Source: a virus
Lineage: Duplodnaviria > Caudoviricetes
Strand: one strand, 5' to 3'
DNA length: 61,959 bases
Virus record (IMG/VR): IMGVR_UViG_3300005573_000100
Span: 1 to 61,959 of that record
How positions within the stretch are numbered: the first letter of the stretch is position 1; each line of letters opens with the position of its first letter. The translations under genes were made by a program, and so were the position numbers. The notes beneath the pieces are model-generated. The model was not told the DNA's origin. It saw only the letters and a program-made list of their open reading frames with translations, and did not search any database. Positions 19,272 through 28,787 of this stretch are shown in pieces.

Positions 19272-20608
19272 TAGAACTCCGTCTTCTCATCCTTAAAGCT
19301 TTCCGCTATACCAGCTACAGATTCTCCGTTGTCACGAAGAGCTTCTGATTCTGTCTGAGCTATGAATTCTTTAGGGTCAAAAGCAACCGGTTTAGGACTT
19401 TCAGAAAAATCAGTTGCTATATTAGACCGTACTAAAAAACTTTCAACATCTGTTTCCCTGGCAGCAACTACTAATGCCAATATCTGGTTGCTTGTCTTCG
19501 AATGATAAAGACGAAGAAGAATGTCTGCGTCCTGGGCTAAAGATAAGCCATATCCAACATCTTTGAAATGCCTTCCAGCTTCTCCATATCTGTTTGCTTG
19601 AGATGTTATGAACACCGGGACATTTAGTTGCATAGCTAGGTCTTTTAGATTTTGGGTAACATTTATGAACGCTCTATGGTCTTTCACTCTATCCTTAGAT
19701 AATTCGTCATCTAACCTATGAATACCATCTATAAAAATAGCTTTAGGAATCAAAGATTTAGCTGTCTCTCTAATAGATGAAACATTCACCTCTCCAGATT
19801 CTGTCCTAGCGTCGCTGATACACAATAAGTCTTTGTGGTCTATAAGCCACTTCGAAGCGTCCTTTACTCGTTGCATCTCAGCTTCGCTCAACGACGCGTA
19901 GTTAAATGAAGAGTAATTAACTTTTGCCAAGATGACTAAAAGTCTTCTGAACAGTATCTCAGGATGCATTTCCCTAGAGATAAGTAAAACTTTATTACCT
20001 GCCTTCAGCACCTCAGCACAACACACAAGTAACAACCATGTTTTACACATTTTTGGAAGGGCATAAAAAGCGATCAATTCTCCAGGCTTTGCTCCCCTAG
20101 TAACTTTAGTAAGTGTGTGCCAAGGATAAGGAAGTCCTATAAGGGTGCCTTCCTGTACCTGCTTATATTCAATCTCAAAATTAGAAATAGCTGAATCTAT
20201 ATTCAAATATTTATTTGCATTTGAATCGAACCGCTTGCGTAATCTGTATATGGTGTCTTCAATCCTAGCACAGGCTTCCCATGGGTTGCTATAAAACTTC
20301 TCTTTAAGGCTCTGAAAACAGTAGTTTATATGTGTATGCACTGACCCAGAAATAACTTGCTTTACTACCGCCTCTAATGGATCAGCTGTATTTGTAAACT
20401 GAAAATCTGGGAACTTTTCAAGCACAGCCTCGTCAGAAGGCAGACTATTATACTTAGAGTAAAAAAGTTCTATGAATTGGTATACACCTCTTGCTATAGG
20501 ATCAGAAAAATCGTCTGATGATATTCCAGATGATTTTACATAGGTAAATCCTTGTTCACGGTCTCTCTTAACAAGCTGAGAAAGTAATATCCTTTCCCAA
20601 TTAGCCAT
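19271..20608 (-). CDS. dnaB: DnaB-like replicative helicase
   Basis: GLPYPW..L..VTRGAKPGELI, ALPKMCKT, ISREM, IFIDG, LKDLA.QLNVPV..TSQANR, LAQDAD. Confidence 0.88.
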   Translation of the reverse strand: MANWERILLSQLVKRDREQGFTYVKSSGISSDDFSDPIARGVYQFIELFYSKYNSLPSDEAVLEKFPDFQFTNTADPLEAVVKQVISGSVHTHINYCFQSLKEKFYSNPWEACARIEDTIYRLRKRFDSNANKYLNIDSAISNFEIEYKQVQEGTLIGLPYPWHTLTKVTRGAKPGELIAFYALPKMCKTWLLLVCCAEVLKAGNKVLLISREMHPEILFRRLLVILAKVNYSSFNYASLSEAEMQRVKDASKWLIDHKDLLCISDARTESGEVNVSSIRETAKSLIPKAIFIDGIHRLDDELSKDRVKDHRAFINVTQNLKDLAMQLNVPVFITSQANRYGEAGRHFKDVGYGLSLAQDADILLRLYHSKTSNQILALVVAARETDVESFLVRSNIATDFSESPKPVAFDPKEFIAQTESEALRDNGESVAGIAESFKDEKTEF

Positions 20609-20626
20609 ACCACATCATCCCAAAGG

Positions 20627-20842
20627 TTATTCAGCACTAAACTTAGATTTAACAAATTCCTCTGTTTCTTTAAGCAACGCTTTAATAAACTCAAAGAACT
20701 TCTCTGTTGCCTCTGACTCTGTCGGGGTGAACAAAAATGTCTCAGTTACAAAATCATTTATCGTAATCTTGTAGCTAAGCGCTTCAGGAGCCTTCCAATG
20801 AATCTCTGTTATTTTAACATCAAGTTTTAAATTCTCAGTCAT
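20627..20842 (-). CDS. Hypothetical protein
   Basis: GGAG RBS; overlaps upstream stop. Confidence 0.7.
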   Translation of the reverse strand: MTENLKLDVKITEIHWKAPEALSYKITINDFVTETFLFTPTESEATEKFFEFIKALLKETEEFVKSKFSAE

Positions 20843-21257
20843 CGTTTACTCCAACATTGAATAATTCACTAACTGGAGTGATTTCAGATGGTCTGGGCTG
20901 AGTTTGAACCGGTATCCTCTGAGCAGCATTATAAGCTTTGCGCCAAATCTTGTTCTGATTCAAAGCCTCAGCGTTAACAATCTTAAATATGTCCTGAAGA
21001 GCATCTTGAACCAATTTCCTGGTCTCTTCGCTAATCGGCTTTCCAAGCGGGAACTTTACAGATACACCAATCTTTACCCAATCACCATTTGGCATTTGAT
21101 GGGTTATCTGCGTGCTCCCGCCAACCCAACAAGGTATTCCTTCCACAACCGTACTCATCTTCTTTTCTTGTCTGTCATAATCTGTAACTTGGTTTCCTCT
21201 CCCTGTCACAAAACCAGCCTCAATTGTAATGTCCTCTCTGTTAATATCTCCCGGCAT
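20835..21257 (-). CDS. Hypothetical protein
   Basis: AGGAGG RBS. Confidence 0.75.
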   Translation of the reverse strand: MPGDINREDITIEAGFVTGRGNQVTDYDRQEKKMSTVVEGIPCWVGGSTQITHQMPNGDWVKIGVSVKFPLGKPISEETRKLVQDALQDIFKIVNAEALNQNKIWRKAYNAAQRIPVQTQPRPSEITPVSELFNVGVNDD

Positions 21258-21283
21258 CTTAATCCTCCTTCTTTGTATTTTTA

Positions 21284-21937
21284 TTATCTAGCCTGTTCTA
21301 CTATACCAGAAGAAATACTGCACGTGTTAGAATATTTCAAATACTTTAGTTCGTGGACAATAAAAAAACCTAAACGAAGGTCTTTGTAAAAATCCTTCGA
21401 CGCCTGTCCTGGTCCTGATCTAACTATGTGGGCTGGATGCCATGTAGGAAGAACTGGCCATGATCTATTCAACCACTTTCCATCAAATACTCTTCCTCTA
21501 ACTTTAGCCATTTTGGCTCTTCTTCCAAAAGCATGCATAGGAACCTCGCCAAGAGCGATTACTAGTTTAGGGTTAATCATATTTAATTCAGCATCTAAAA
21601 AAGAAGCGCAACTATCTATCTCATCCTGAGAAGGGTCCCTAACCTGACCACGACTTTTGTCCTTCCATGGAGCGCACCTTATAAGATTAGTCAAGTAATA
21701 TGTAATTTTTGAATAATCGTAATCTGCTTTAATCTCAGCTAATGCGCTTTCAAGGACTCTTCCAGAATCCCCAACAAACGCCGTTCCCTGTTTATTCTCC
21801 ATAGGTCCTGGCCCTATACCGACGATGACAATATCAGCTGTAGTATCACCTCTCCCTGGGACTTTTAAATCCGCCGTTTTATGTAGAGAACATCTTGTGC
21901 AGACAGAAATCTCTCTCAGAATTTCCTGTTCGTTCAT
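21284..21937 (-). CDS. udg: Uracil-DNA glycosylase (Fe-S, family 4/5-like)
   Basis: CTRCSL, VPGRG, VGIGPG..E..QG.AFVG.SG, TNLIRC.P, RDP..DEI..C, TWHPA. Confidence 0.92.
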   Translation of the reverse strand: MNEQEILREISVCTRCSLHKTADLKVPGRGDTTADIVIVGIGPGPMENKQGTAFVGDSGRVLESALAEIKADYDYSKITYYLTNLIRCAPWKDKSRGQVRDPSQDEIDSCASFLDAELNMINPKLVIALGEVPMHAFGRRAKMAKVRGRVFDGKWLNRSWPVLPTWHPAHIVRSGPGQASKDFYKDLRLGFFIVHELKYLKYSNTCSISSGIVEQAR

Positions 21938-21959
21938 CGTATCTTCTCCCCTTTTTCAG

Positions 21960-21988
21960 ATTCTAAACAAAAGCCTGTCAAAAGTCAA
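21960..21988 (-). promoter_or_regulatory. Sigma70-type promoter for the replication operon
   Basis: TTGACT-17-TAGAAT upstream of udg. Confidence 0.7.
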
Positions 21989-23307
21989 ATAGAATGATCC
22001 AAAACATCATAACCCATTTTTCGCAGATGAACTAACATCTTAGTTGCCAAACTTCTCATAAGTGGGATATTCAAATCTTGAATAACATATATCTCAGGAG
22101 ACTTTTCGTTTCCGGCAAGCCTCAAAATACGCCCAGCGCTTTGCTGGATACCCCCTGGGTCTGACATTGGATACAATACTACTAGAGTATCAAGATCCGG
22201 CTGGTTTAAACCTCTTTTAGCTAATGAGCGTATCCCAAAAATTACTTGCGAATTAGCAAGAAAATCCCGACGCTCATTAGGGTCTATCTCAGCCACGCAA
22301 ATACCAGACCCTGGGAAGTGCTCGTGTAGTTCGCGGAGTTCTTCTTTTCGCTCACCAAGAACTAATATTTTTCTTCCCCGTGCAACAAGCTCGTTTATTA
22401 GTCTAATAACTAATTCTCTTCTTTTAGGACATTTGGACAGGTGAGTATATACCTTTCCATACATTCTAATATTAGTTGGTTCACAATCCATAAACTCCGG
22501 ATAGTAATTAAAGTTACTAACAATAAACACTTTCGGTGACAACTTATATCCTTCGTGAGAGTAAATTACCCTTCCTAAATGGTATTTATAGACTAAATCC
22601 ATACCATCTCTTCTTGTAGTAGCCGAGAGACCAAAGCGTTGACCGAAAAATAGATCAGCTGTGCGAATGAAATAGGGGGTCCCAATCACATCTACTTCAT
22701 CCCATATAATTACTCCATAATATGCCCTCATGTCTTCAGGAATTTCATCTCTGTATTTGGCTAAAGTATGAAGCATAGCTATTGTAATAGGAGATTTGCG
22801 AAATTCGCTCTGTTCACCTTGAATAATTGTAGGAGTAATTCCTAAATGCTTCTCAGCTTCCATCGCCCACTGCTTCAATAGGTCTGTGGTATGTACGATA
22901 ACTAAAGCTGGTAGTTTTTTAGTAGCAATCATTTTTAGAGAAAGCACTGTTTTTCCATACCCACAAGGAATTTTAAGTATACCGCCTGGGCTATTTACCA
23001 ACGACTCAAACGCTTTTTCCTGAACTTCCGCATATTCAGGAAGAAACTTGATATTATCAGTAAAATCAACTGATTCAAACTTTGGAATATAGTTCAAATA
23101 GTCTGGAAAATTTGACAGAGGTAAAAAATTACGGGGAACAAGCACATGAGTATCCAACAAATAATAAAGTTTTACAGGTTGGATATTCTTTCCATAGTAA
23201 AAAAAAGTGAGGGAGGTCTGAATAGCAGACATCCGCACTTTTTCGGTCGGGATATAGAGACCTTCTCTAATCGCGACTTTTCCAAAAGGAGGCTTAAGGA
23301 GAAACAT
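21985..23307 (-). CDS. Superfamily 2 helicase (UvsW/XPB-like)
   Basis: PCGYGKT, DEVD, GLSAT..R.DG, RGLNQPDLD, QSAGRILR; ATG at 23307. Confidence 0.88.
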   Translation of the reverse strand: MFLLKPPFGKVAIREGLYIPTEKVRMSAIQTSLTFFYYGKNIQPVKLYYLLDTHVLVPRNFLPLSNFPDYLNYIPKFESVDFTDNIKFLPEYAEVQEKAFESLVNSPGGILKIPCGYGKTVLSLKMIATKKLPALVIVHTTDLLKQWAMEAEKHLGITPTIIQGEQSEFRKSPITIAMLHTLAKYRDEIPEDMRAYYGVIIWDEVDVIGTPYFIRTADLFFGQRFGLSATTRRDGMDLVYKYHLGRVIYSHEGYKLSPKVFIVSNFNYYPEFMDCEPTNIRMYGKVYTHLSKCPKRRELVIRLINELVARGRKILVLGERKEELRELHEHFPGSGICVAEIDPNERRDFLANSQVIFGIRSLAKRGLNQPDLDTLVVLYPMSDPGGIQQSAGRILRLAGNEKSPEIYVIQDLNIPLMRSLATKMLVHLRKMGYDVLDHSI

Positions 23308-23314
23308 CAATGAT

Positions 23315-23343
23315 ATTATAGTCGATTCAGTTCAAAAAATCAA
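23315..23343 (-). promoter_or_regulatory. Sigma70-type promoter, leaderless
   Basis: TTGATT-17-TATAAT, 7 nt before the ATG at 23307, no SD. Confidence 0.75.
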
Positions 23344-23348
23344 GGAAA

Positions 23349-23609
23349 CTAATTGCTGTCAAAGAAGTTTTTTATTTCTTCATAGTCTTCGTCGCTTGGT
23401 CCAGCATAATATTCTGAATCGACCGGTTCAGAATCACGCCTTGCCAAATACTGCTGAGTTAAAGCAAGACCAATAGGAACGATCTTCCTGGACAAGGCTA
23501 AGCCTGCCCCTTGGCTAGCTAAGGCTGCCTTAAGGGCAGACGCCGCAGCACCGATTCCGAACCCGACAAGTGCTGCTACCACTAAACCTTCAAAATCTTC
23601 TCTAGTCAT
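23349..23609 (-). CDS. Small protein with hydrophobic N-terminal segment
   Basis: AAGGAG RBS before MTREDF; GLVVAALVGFGIGAAASAL. Confidence 0.7.
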   Translation of the reverse strand: MTREDFEGLVVAALVGFGIGAAASALKAALASQGAGLALSRKIVPIGLALTQQYLARRDSEPVDSEYYAGPSDEDYEEIKNFFDSN

Positions 23610-23704
23610 TTTTAATCTCCTTTCAATCAAAGCAAAACACGCCCCGTCCTAATTCCGCAAATGACCATGGATCACATTATTTAGGCTAGTTTGATAAACA
23701 CCCC

Positions 23705-23722
23705 CTTTCACTAATTGTTATC
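23705..23722 (-). promoter_or_regulatory. Class A motif (GATAA-N7-TGAAAG)
   Basis: One of five aligned copies upstream of accessory units. Confidence 0.55.
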
Positions 23723-23784
23723 ACATAAAAAATAAGCTTTTTTCAGCTAAAAAAAAGTTCTTCTTTTTTCAACTCAGGTTGGGT

Positions 23785-23824
23785 GGGGGGGAATGAACAT
23801 GAACAAGAGGAGGCATTCCCCCCC
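23785..23824 (-). terminator. 11-bp GC-rich hairpin after the small ORF
   Basis: GGGGGGGAATG/CATTCCCCCCC with an 18-nt loop; a TTTTTTTTAGC tract lies about 30 nt further downstream on the minus strand. Confidence 0.5.
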
Positions 23825-23841
23825 AACCCAAGTTTAAACCC

Positions 23842-24018
23842 CTACTTTTCAGCAGGGGATTTTTTGGGCCTACCACGAAGGTAGGACCATGTTACACAAG
23901 CCACGATGACCAAGGCTTGTGCAATCGGTATTAATGCCCCATGTTCCAGGGACACCACACCGTATACACACCCACCGATCATGGTGGACGCAATTACTGC
24001 CAACGGCAAGTATCTCAT
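23842..24018 (-). CDS. 58-aa two-TM membrane protein (below the ORF-track cutoff)
   Basis: AGGAGGT RBS; MRYLPLAVIASTMIGGCVYGVVSLEHGALIPIAQALVIVACVTWSYLRGRPKKSPAEK*. Confidence 0.7.
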   Translation of the reverse strand: MRYLPLAVIASTMIGGCVYGVVSLEHGALIPIAQALVIVACVTWSYLRGRPKKSPAEK

Positions 24019-24106
24019 TTGATACCTCCTTTCCCTTTTTTGGGTTTATTTAGCCCCCTGGTCTGCTCAATGACCCTCATTGAGTTTCCCCAGAGGATAT
24101 TTTCCT

Positions 24107-24124
24107 CTTTCATATGAATTTATA
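24107..24124 (-). promoter_or_regulatory. Class A motif (TATAA-N7-TGAAAG)
   Basis: tttttcggTATAAattcataTGAAAG on the minus strand. Confidence 0.6.
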
Positions 24125-24197
24125 CCGAAAAACAATGCTATATTTTCACAGTATTTGGCCTTGTTTTTTGTCAAAAAATATGTAAAAATAGGATTAA

Positions 24198-25148
24198 ATG
24201 AAAATAGTCTTTGTAGGCTCTGCAGAATCCGGGTCTGGGTACTATAGGACGTTCCTTCCATTTAAGGAGCTAGGAAAAAAGCATGATACAGTACTTGTAT
24301 CCTCAATAAGGAACCTGGATGAAGTAAAAGAAAAGCACTCCCCAGACATAATGATATTATATTTCCCATCGGATGAAGTAACTTTCCAATTTGTGAAGAA
24401 CAATAAGAAGATTTGTGTGTATTCTTTAGATGATAACTTTCTGGCTATACCAAGTAGCAGAGGAAGAACCTACGAAAGATGGAAAAATAAAGGAAAAAAA
24501 GCCCTAGAAATAATAAAGGAGTGCCGAGCGGTAATAGTAACAACTAAATACTTAGCTGGAGTAATAAGAGAATACAACAAAAACACAAAGATAGTTCCAA
24601 ACTTAGTACCAAAAGAGTATTTCGACTATCCTATGGAAGAACCAGATGTTCCTACTATAGGATACGCAGGTGGGATAAATCATATAGAGGATGTAAAACT
24701 ACTGACTGGGCCAATAAGAAGGCTTCTTAGTGACGAAAAATACAAAAATGTCAACTACGAATTTGTATGCTGTCCTCCTCCGTTCAAACATGAAGCTATA
24801 AAACATACACATGGAACGGTAGCCGCTAAATGGTTCCAACTTTTTGCAACAAAGAAATGGACTGTCGGAGTAATACCAATAATCACAAACGAATTTAATA
24901 GATGTATATCAAACCTTAAATTACTTGAATACGGTTCTCGTAAGCTGCCTGTAATAGCCACGAATTTTGGCCCTTACGAGGATTCTCCAGCAGTATTAGT
25001 CACTAATAGTGCGTCAGACTGGGAGTCGGCAATAAAGAAATTGCTCAACGATAAAGGTCTTAGAAACGACATTGGAGAGGCTTGCAGAAAATATGCCGAA
25101 AACTATATACTTGATTGTAAAGTGTGGGAGGAAGCACTGAATGAATAA
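24198..25148 (+). CDS. Glycosyltransferase, GT-B fold (GT4-like)
   Basis: GSGYYR..LP, YSLDDN, VIVTT.YL, IGYAG...H..D, FNRCISNLKLLEY...LPVIAT..GPY. Confidence 0.88.
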   Translation: MKIVFVGSAESGSGYYRTFLPFKELGKKHDTVLVSSIRNLDEVKEKHSPDIMILYFPSDEVTFQFVKNNKKICVYSLDDNFLAIPSSRGRTYERWKNKGKKALEIIKECRAVIVTTKYLAGVIREYNKNTKIVPNLVPKEYFDYPMEEPDVPTIGYAGGINHIEDVKLLTGPIRRLLSDEKYKNVNYEFVCCPPPFKHEAIKHTHGTVAAKWFQLFATKKWTVGVIPIITNEFNRCISNLKLLEYGSRKLPVIATNFGPYEDSPAVLVTNSASDWESAIKKLLNDKGLRNDIGEACRKYAENYILDCKVWEEALNE

Positions 25149-25755
25149 ATCTAAATTGGCAATGTTTGAATGGGAATTGGCGCAAATGAGGGACCACGTT
25201 AGAGCTTTTGCCGAAAAAGCTATAACCGAAGTCATACCCGATCATTTTTGGGCTATACCACCTAGTAGTTCAGGAAAACATCATCCAACCTGCACACATA
25301 GACTTGGAGGTCTAATAGTGCATACAAAACGTGTTGGGTATGTTGTGCACCAGCTATGCGAGGCTGCACAGAAGTCGCAAGAAGATAAAGAATCTCTATA
25401 TTGTGCTGCCATACTGCATGACATTGGAAAAAAGGATAAATATGAAAAAGGGACAAACGATTATGAGAGACATCCACTAATCGCTGTAGAATTAATAAAA
25501 GAAAAAAGTTCTATCCTGACATCTGCTTATGGAGACGGTGGAAAGGATTTTTTAAATGACGTTTGCAGACTAATAACCTATCACATGGGACCGTGGACCC
25601 CTGAAGAATGTAGAAAACCTTTAGATAAATATGATAGTCTTGAACTTATCCTATACTATGCTGACTACCTAGCATCGAGAAAAATGCTTGGGACACCTAT
25701 AGATGGTATTATAATCCCCGAAGAATTTAGCAAACTTAAAAAACCTGAAGAATGA
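25141..25755 (+). CDS. HD-domain phosphohydrolase
   Basis: PSSSGKHHP...GGLIVHT, AILHDIGK, HP, HMGPW, ADYLAS. Confidence 0.88.
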   Translation: MNKSKLAMFEWELAQMRDHVRAFAEKAITEVIPDHFWAIPPSSSGKHHPTCTHRLGGLIVHTKRVGYVVHQLCEAAQKSQEDKESLYCAAILHDIGKKDKYEKGTNDYERHPLIAVELIKEKSSILTSAYGDGGKDFLNDVCRLITYHMGPWTPEECRKPLDKYDSLELILYYADYLASRKMLGTPIDGIIIPEEFSKLKKPEE

Positions 25756-25769
25756 AGGGAGGATAAATC

Positions 25770-26537
25770 TTGGCACAAAAATTTCAAACCGTAAGTGCAG
25801 AAGCACGCCAATTGGCAGCGTTGGGTCGTTCTGAAGATCGCCTTATTGTATTCCCCTTACCTACAAGATACGCGGTAGTAAACGTAGGTACAGGTAAAGA
25901 GGGAAGAATAATCATAAGAACAGATAGAGGCGACCTGGATTACGATGCAGACTATTTCCTTAAGCACCAGCAAGACATATTTCCGTTCTGCGCAGATGTC
26001 CTAAGGTTCTTCAATTTAACATCTGGAGGAATATGTATAGCAAGTTATTTTTTGCTAGATTTGAAAGAGCCTCTTCATGGTGCCCCATTTTTTTCAGCAC
26101 TGGTACAGGCACTTTCTGACTACACGGACAAAAAAGTCACGGTTAGACAAGTTGCTGAAACTTTATATAAAGAAAAAGGAAGTTTCTTAGCTTCTTTGGC
26201 CGAAATATCTGCTGGAGAAAGAGGATACATGCTGACAAACACTGGAGAAAAAATCAGCGAGTTTATCCCAGGGTTCCTCACCAAATGGATGGTTATCCCT
26301 AACCTATATAAGTTTTGCATACTCCCCGCTAATGTAGATGAATTGTTTGTCAAAGTAAGAATTGGAGATTGGGATGAAATGAAGAATATACTTGACAAAG
26401 CTAAAAGCAGTCTTCCTGAGGAAGCCAAAAATTTCTTCGGAAAGTCTATACCTATAGGGTCCTATTTGATGACAGATGAAGCTAAATTCTGGCAATACTT
26501 CATAAAGAAAAAACCAAGTTCAGAAGATAAACCATGA
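25770..26537 (+). CDS. Hypothetical protein directly upstream of the terminase
   Basis: GGAGG RBS, TTG start, ATGA overlap with TerL. Confidence 0.7.
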   Translation: MAQKFQTVSAEARQLAALGRSEDRLIVFPLPTRYAVVNVGTGKEGRIIIRTDRGDLDYDADYFLKHQQDIFPFCADVLRFFNLTSGGICIASYFLLDLKEPLHGAPFFSALVQALSDYTDKKVTVRQVAETLYKEKGSFLASLAEISAGERGYMLTNTGEKISEFIPGFLTKWMVIPNLYKFCILPANVDELFVKVRIGDWDEMKNILDKAKSSLPEEAKNFFGKSIPIGSYLMTDEAKFWQYFIKKKPSSEDKP

Positions 26538-28126
26538 GCGAACCAGCAGCTGAAAAACAAGGAATAAAACCTAGCGAGTTCGTAAGCAAACTAATTAGAG
26601 TGGATGGCAACCCATGGGAGGGTAAGTGTGGGTTCGACAATTGGCACTATCTTCGTGATGCTTACGATAACCCAGCCAGAAAGATAATATTCAAATGTTC
26701 TCGTCAGATCGGTAAAAGCACCACCTTGGGAAACATATTACTAACGCACGCGATACTTGAGCACCCAATAAAAGAGCTTTATGTATCAAGCTCGGATGAC
26801 AAAGCCAAGGCTTTTGGAAAAGACCGATTAAGGTCTGTAATAGAATATTCTCCAGGACTATCCAGCCTTTTCAAAAACCCCATTCCTATTAGAGATATTG
26901 AAACCAGAACAGGTTCTATAATCAGGGTCAGAACAGCTTATACTAGAGGCGATCAGCTAAGAACCTATACTGGAAAAGTTCTGTGTATCGACGAAGCTCA
27001 GGAGATACCAGAAGATGCTTTCTTCATAATTGAAGCGTGCACGCTGATGTTCCCTGGGGAGTACAAAATATTTATAGCTGGGACACCTCTGACCCAGTCC
27101 AACTATCTTAGTCAGCTATACTCTAAATTCTCTACCGCCTGTGAATGGGTAATGCGGTGCGATGCTTGTGGGCACCACAATTTTCCAACAATAGATATGA
27201 TAGGAGAAAACGGACCAATCTGCACTAAATGTAAAGGACCAATCGACGTAAGAAAAGGAGAATGGGTAAGAGCCAAAGAAGCTGAATTTGAGGGGTACCA
27301 TTTTAATCAGCTATTGAACCCAAAGTATGCATTAAATCAGCAGGCATGGCAAGAAATCATTGCAAAGATGAAAAGATGGCCTACTGCTAAGTTCTATAAT
27401 GAAATACTCGGCGAAGCATACGACTTCGGAACAGGTATACTCACTCTTGATACACTAAAATCGGTATGTGGGTCTTATCAGAAATTGACAGACCCCTCAA
27501 AAGCCCCAAAACACACATTAAATATAGCAGGTATAGACTGGGGACCTGGACTAAAGTCCTACACAGTATTAGTAATAATTTGTTGGAATGGAGCAAGATT
27601 TGATACCTTATTTGCAAAGCGATATACAGGTATAGAATCTCATCCAGAACTTGCTCTAAATGACCTTGTAAAATGGATCAAAGCATTCAATTGCAAAATA
27701 GTAGGTGCTGACTGGGGGTTTGGGTTCAAATGGAATCAAGACCTAATGAAACAGGTTGGAGAAGACAAAGTCCTGCCTATAGCCTATGTAGGTCAATCAT
27801 CTGAAAAATTCAAATGGGACGCCGAAGGTTATAGACTAGTTACAAATAGGACGATGGCTGTATCTGATACCTACCACCTAATAAAAAACAAGAAAATCAG
27901 CTTTTACTCTGCTGACCAGTTCATACCTGAGTTCGGAGATGACCTTACTACCGTGTATATAGAGGAAACTCAACTGCGCACAGGCGAAACCAAATTCAGA
28001 TATGCCAGAAGCATAGACAAACCGGATGATTTTTTACATGCCCTTACATTCGCCTTAATAGCCGCTCAAAGAGTTGTTTCCATACCTGAATTCTGGCTTC
28101 CTGGCAACCCATACTATGCCTTATAA
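26534..28126 (+). CDS. terL: Terminase large subunit (GpA-like, with Zn finger)
   Basis: KCSRQIGKST, CIDEAQ, AGTP, CDAC..CTKC, FYNEILGEAY, AGIDWG, GADWG, DDFLHA. Confidence 0.92.
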   Translation: MSEPAAEKQGIKPSEFVSKLIRVDGNPWEGKCGFDNWHYLRDAYDNPARKIIFKCSRQIGKSTTLGNILLTHAILEHPIKELYVSSSDDKAKAFGKDRLRSVIEYSPGLSSLFKNPIPIRDIETRTGSIIRVRTAYTRGDQLRTYTGKVLCIDEAQEIPEDAFFIIEACTLMFPGEYKIFIAGTPLTQSNYLSQLYSKFSTACEWVMRCDACGHHNFPTIDMIGENGPICTKCKGPIDVRKGEWVRAKEAEFEGYHFNQLLNPKYALNQQAWQEIIAKMKRWPTAKFYNEILGEAYDFGTGILTLDTLKSVCGSYQKLTDPSKAPKHTLNIAGIDWGPGLKSYTVLVIICWNGARFDTLFAKRYTGIESHPELALNDLVKWIKAFNCKIVGADWGFGFKWNQDLMKQVGEDKVLPIAYVGQSSEKFKWDAEGYRLVTNRTMAVSDTYHLIKNKKISFYSADQFIPEFGDDLTTVYIEETQLRTGETKFRYARSIDKPDDFLHALTFALIAAQRVVSIPEFWLPGNPYYAL

Positions 28127-28231
28127 ATCAATTATATCCCTCTGAAAAAACAGCCTTAAAAATGATATAAATATGAGAAAGCATGCTACATATCAAGCAT
28201 GCTTAAAAAAACTAGAAGGAGGACATGAAAA

Positions 28232-28594
28232 ATGGAAAAAGGTGTTGTTGAAAACATTAGAAAAGTATTTGAGAAACAAAACATTGATCTTCTTAGTAAA
28301 AAAGCCTATGAATTTATCACACTACATATGGGCTTTATAGCCCACTATGACAGAAATGGATTCTGTTGGAACTATCAAGACCTTAATCGTTTCGCACAGA
28401 CACTTCTGTCATCAGAGTACTCCGACGATGAGAACTACAATTTGCAGATGGCAGACCAGCATCCTGAAAACGCAGAAACAATACGCGGGATATGTGCAAT
28501 AGCCAAGAATTATTTGTATCCTTTGTTTTCTTCCAGACAAAATGAGAAAGGAATCGAGAAAAATGCCGACATACAGAGTAACTTACAGAGATGA
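28232..28594 (+). CDS. Hypothetical protein
   Basis: AGGAGG RBS; first gene of a + strand accessory unit. Confidence 0.7.
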   Translation: MEKGVVENIRKVFEKQNIDLLSKKAYEFITLHMGFIAHYDRNGFCWNYQDLNRFAQTLLSSEYSDDENYNLQMADQHPENAETIRGICAIAKNYLYPLFSSRQNEKGIEKNADIQSNLQR

Positions 28595-28787
28595 ATTTGA
28601 AACCTTAGTTGAAGCTGAAAGTGCAGAGAGTGCTCTTGAGAAATTCAGAGCCGGAAAAGTTAAAGAAATCAAAGTTGTTGGCAACCTATGGAGAGATTTC
28701 TTTGAAATAGAAAATGTTGATACAGAAGAAATTGTAAAAGAAAGTGGATGGGACATTACTGAAAAAAAGGAGGAAAGTAAACAATGA
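28563..28787 (+). CDS. Hypothetical protein
   Basis: MPTYRVTY...VEAESAESA; ATGA overlap with the next gene. Confidence 0.65.
   Translation: MPTYRVTYRDEFETLVEAESAESALEKFRAGKVKEIKVVGNLWRDFFEIENVDTEEIVKESGWDITEKKEESKQ

Noticed and set aside
23630-24198. tRNA or known ncRNA in the long intergenic gap; ORF 24067..24261
   Set aside because: No cloverleaf or T-arm signature; the gap is explained by a 58-aa ORF, promoters and hairpins; ORF 24067 overlaps the promoter and the GT start
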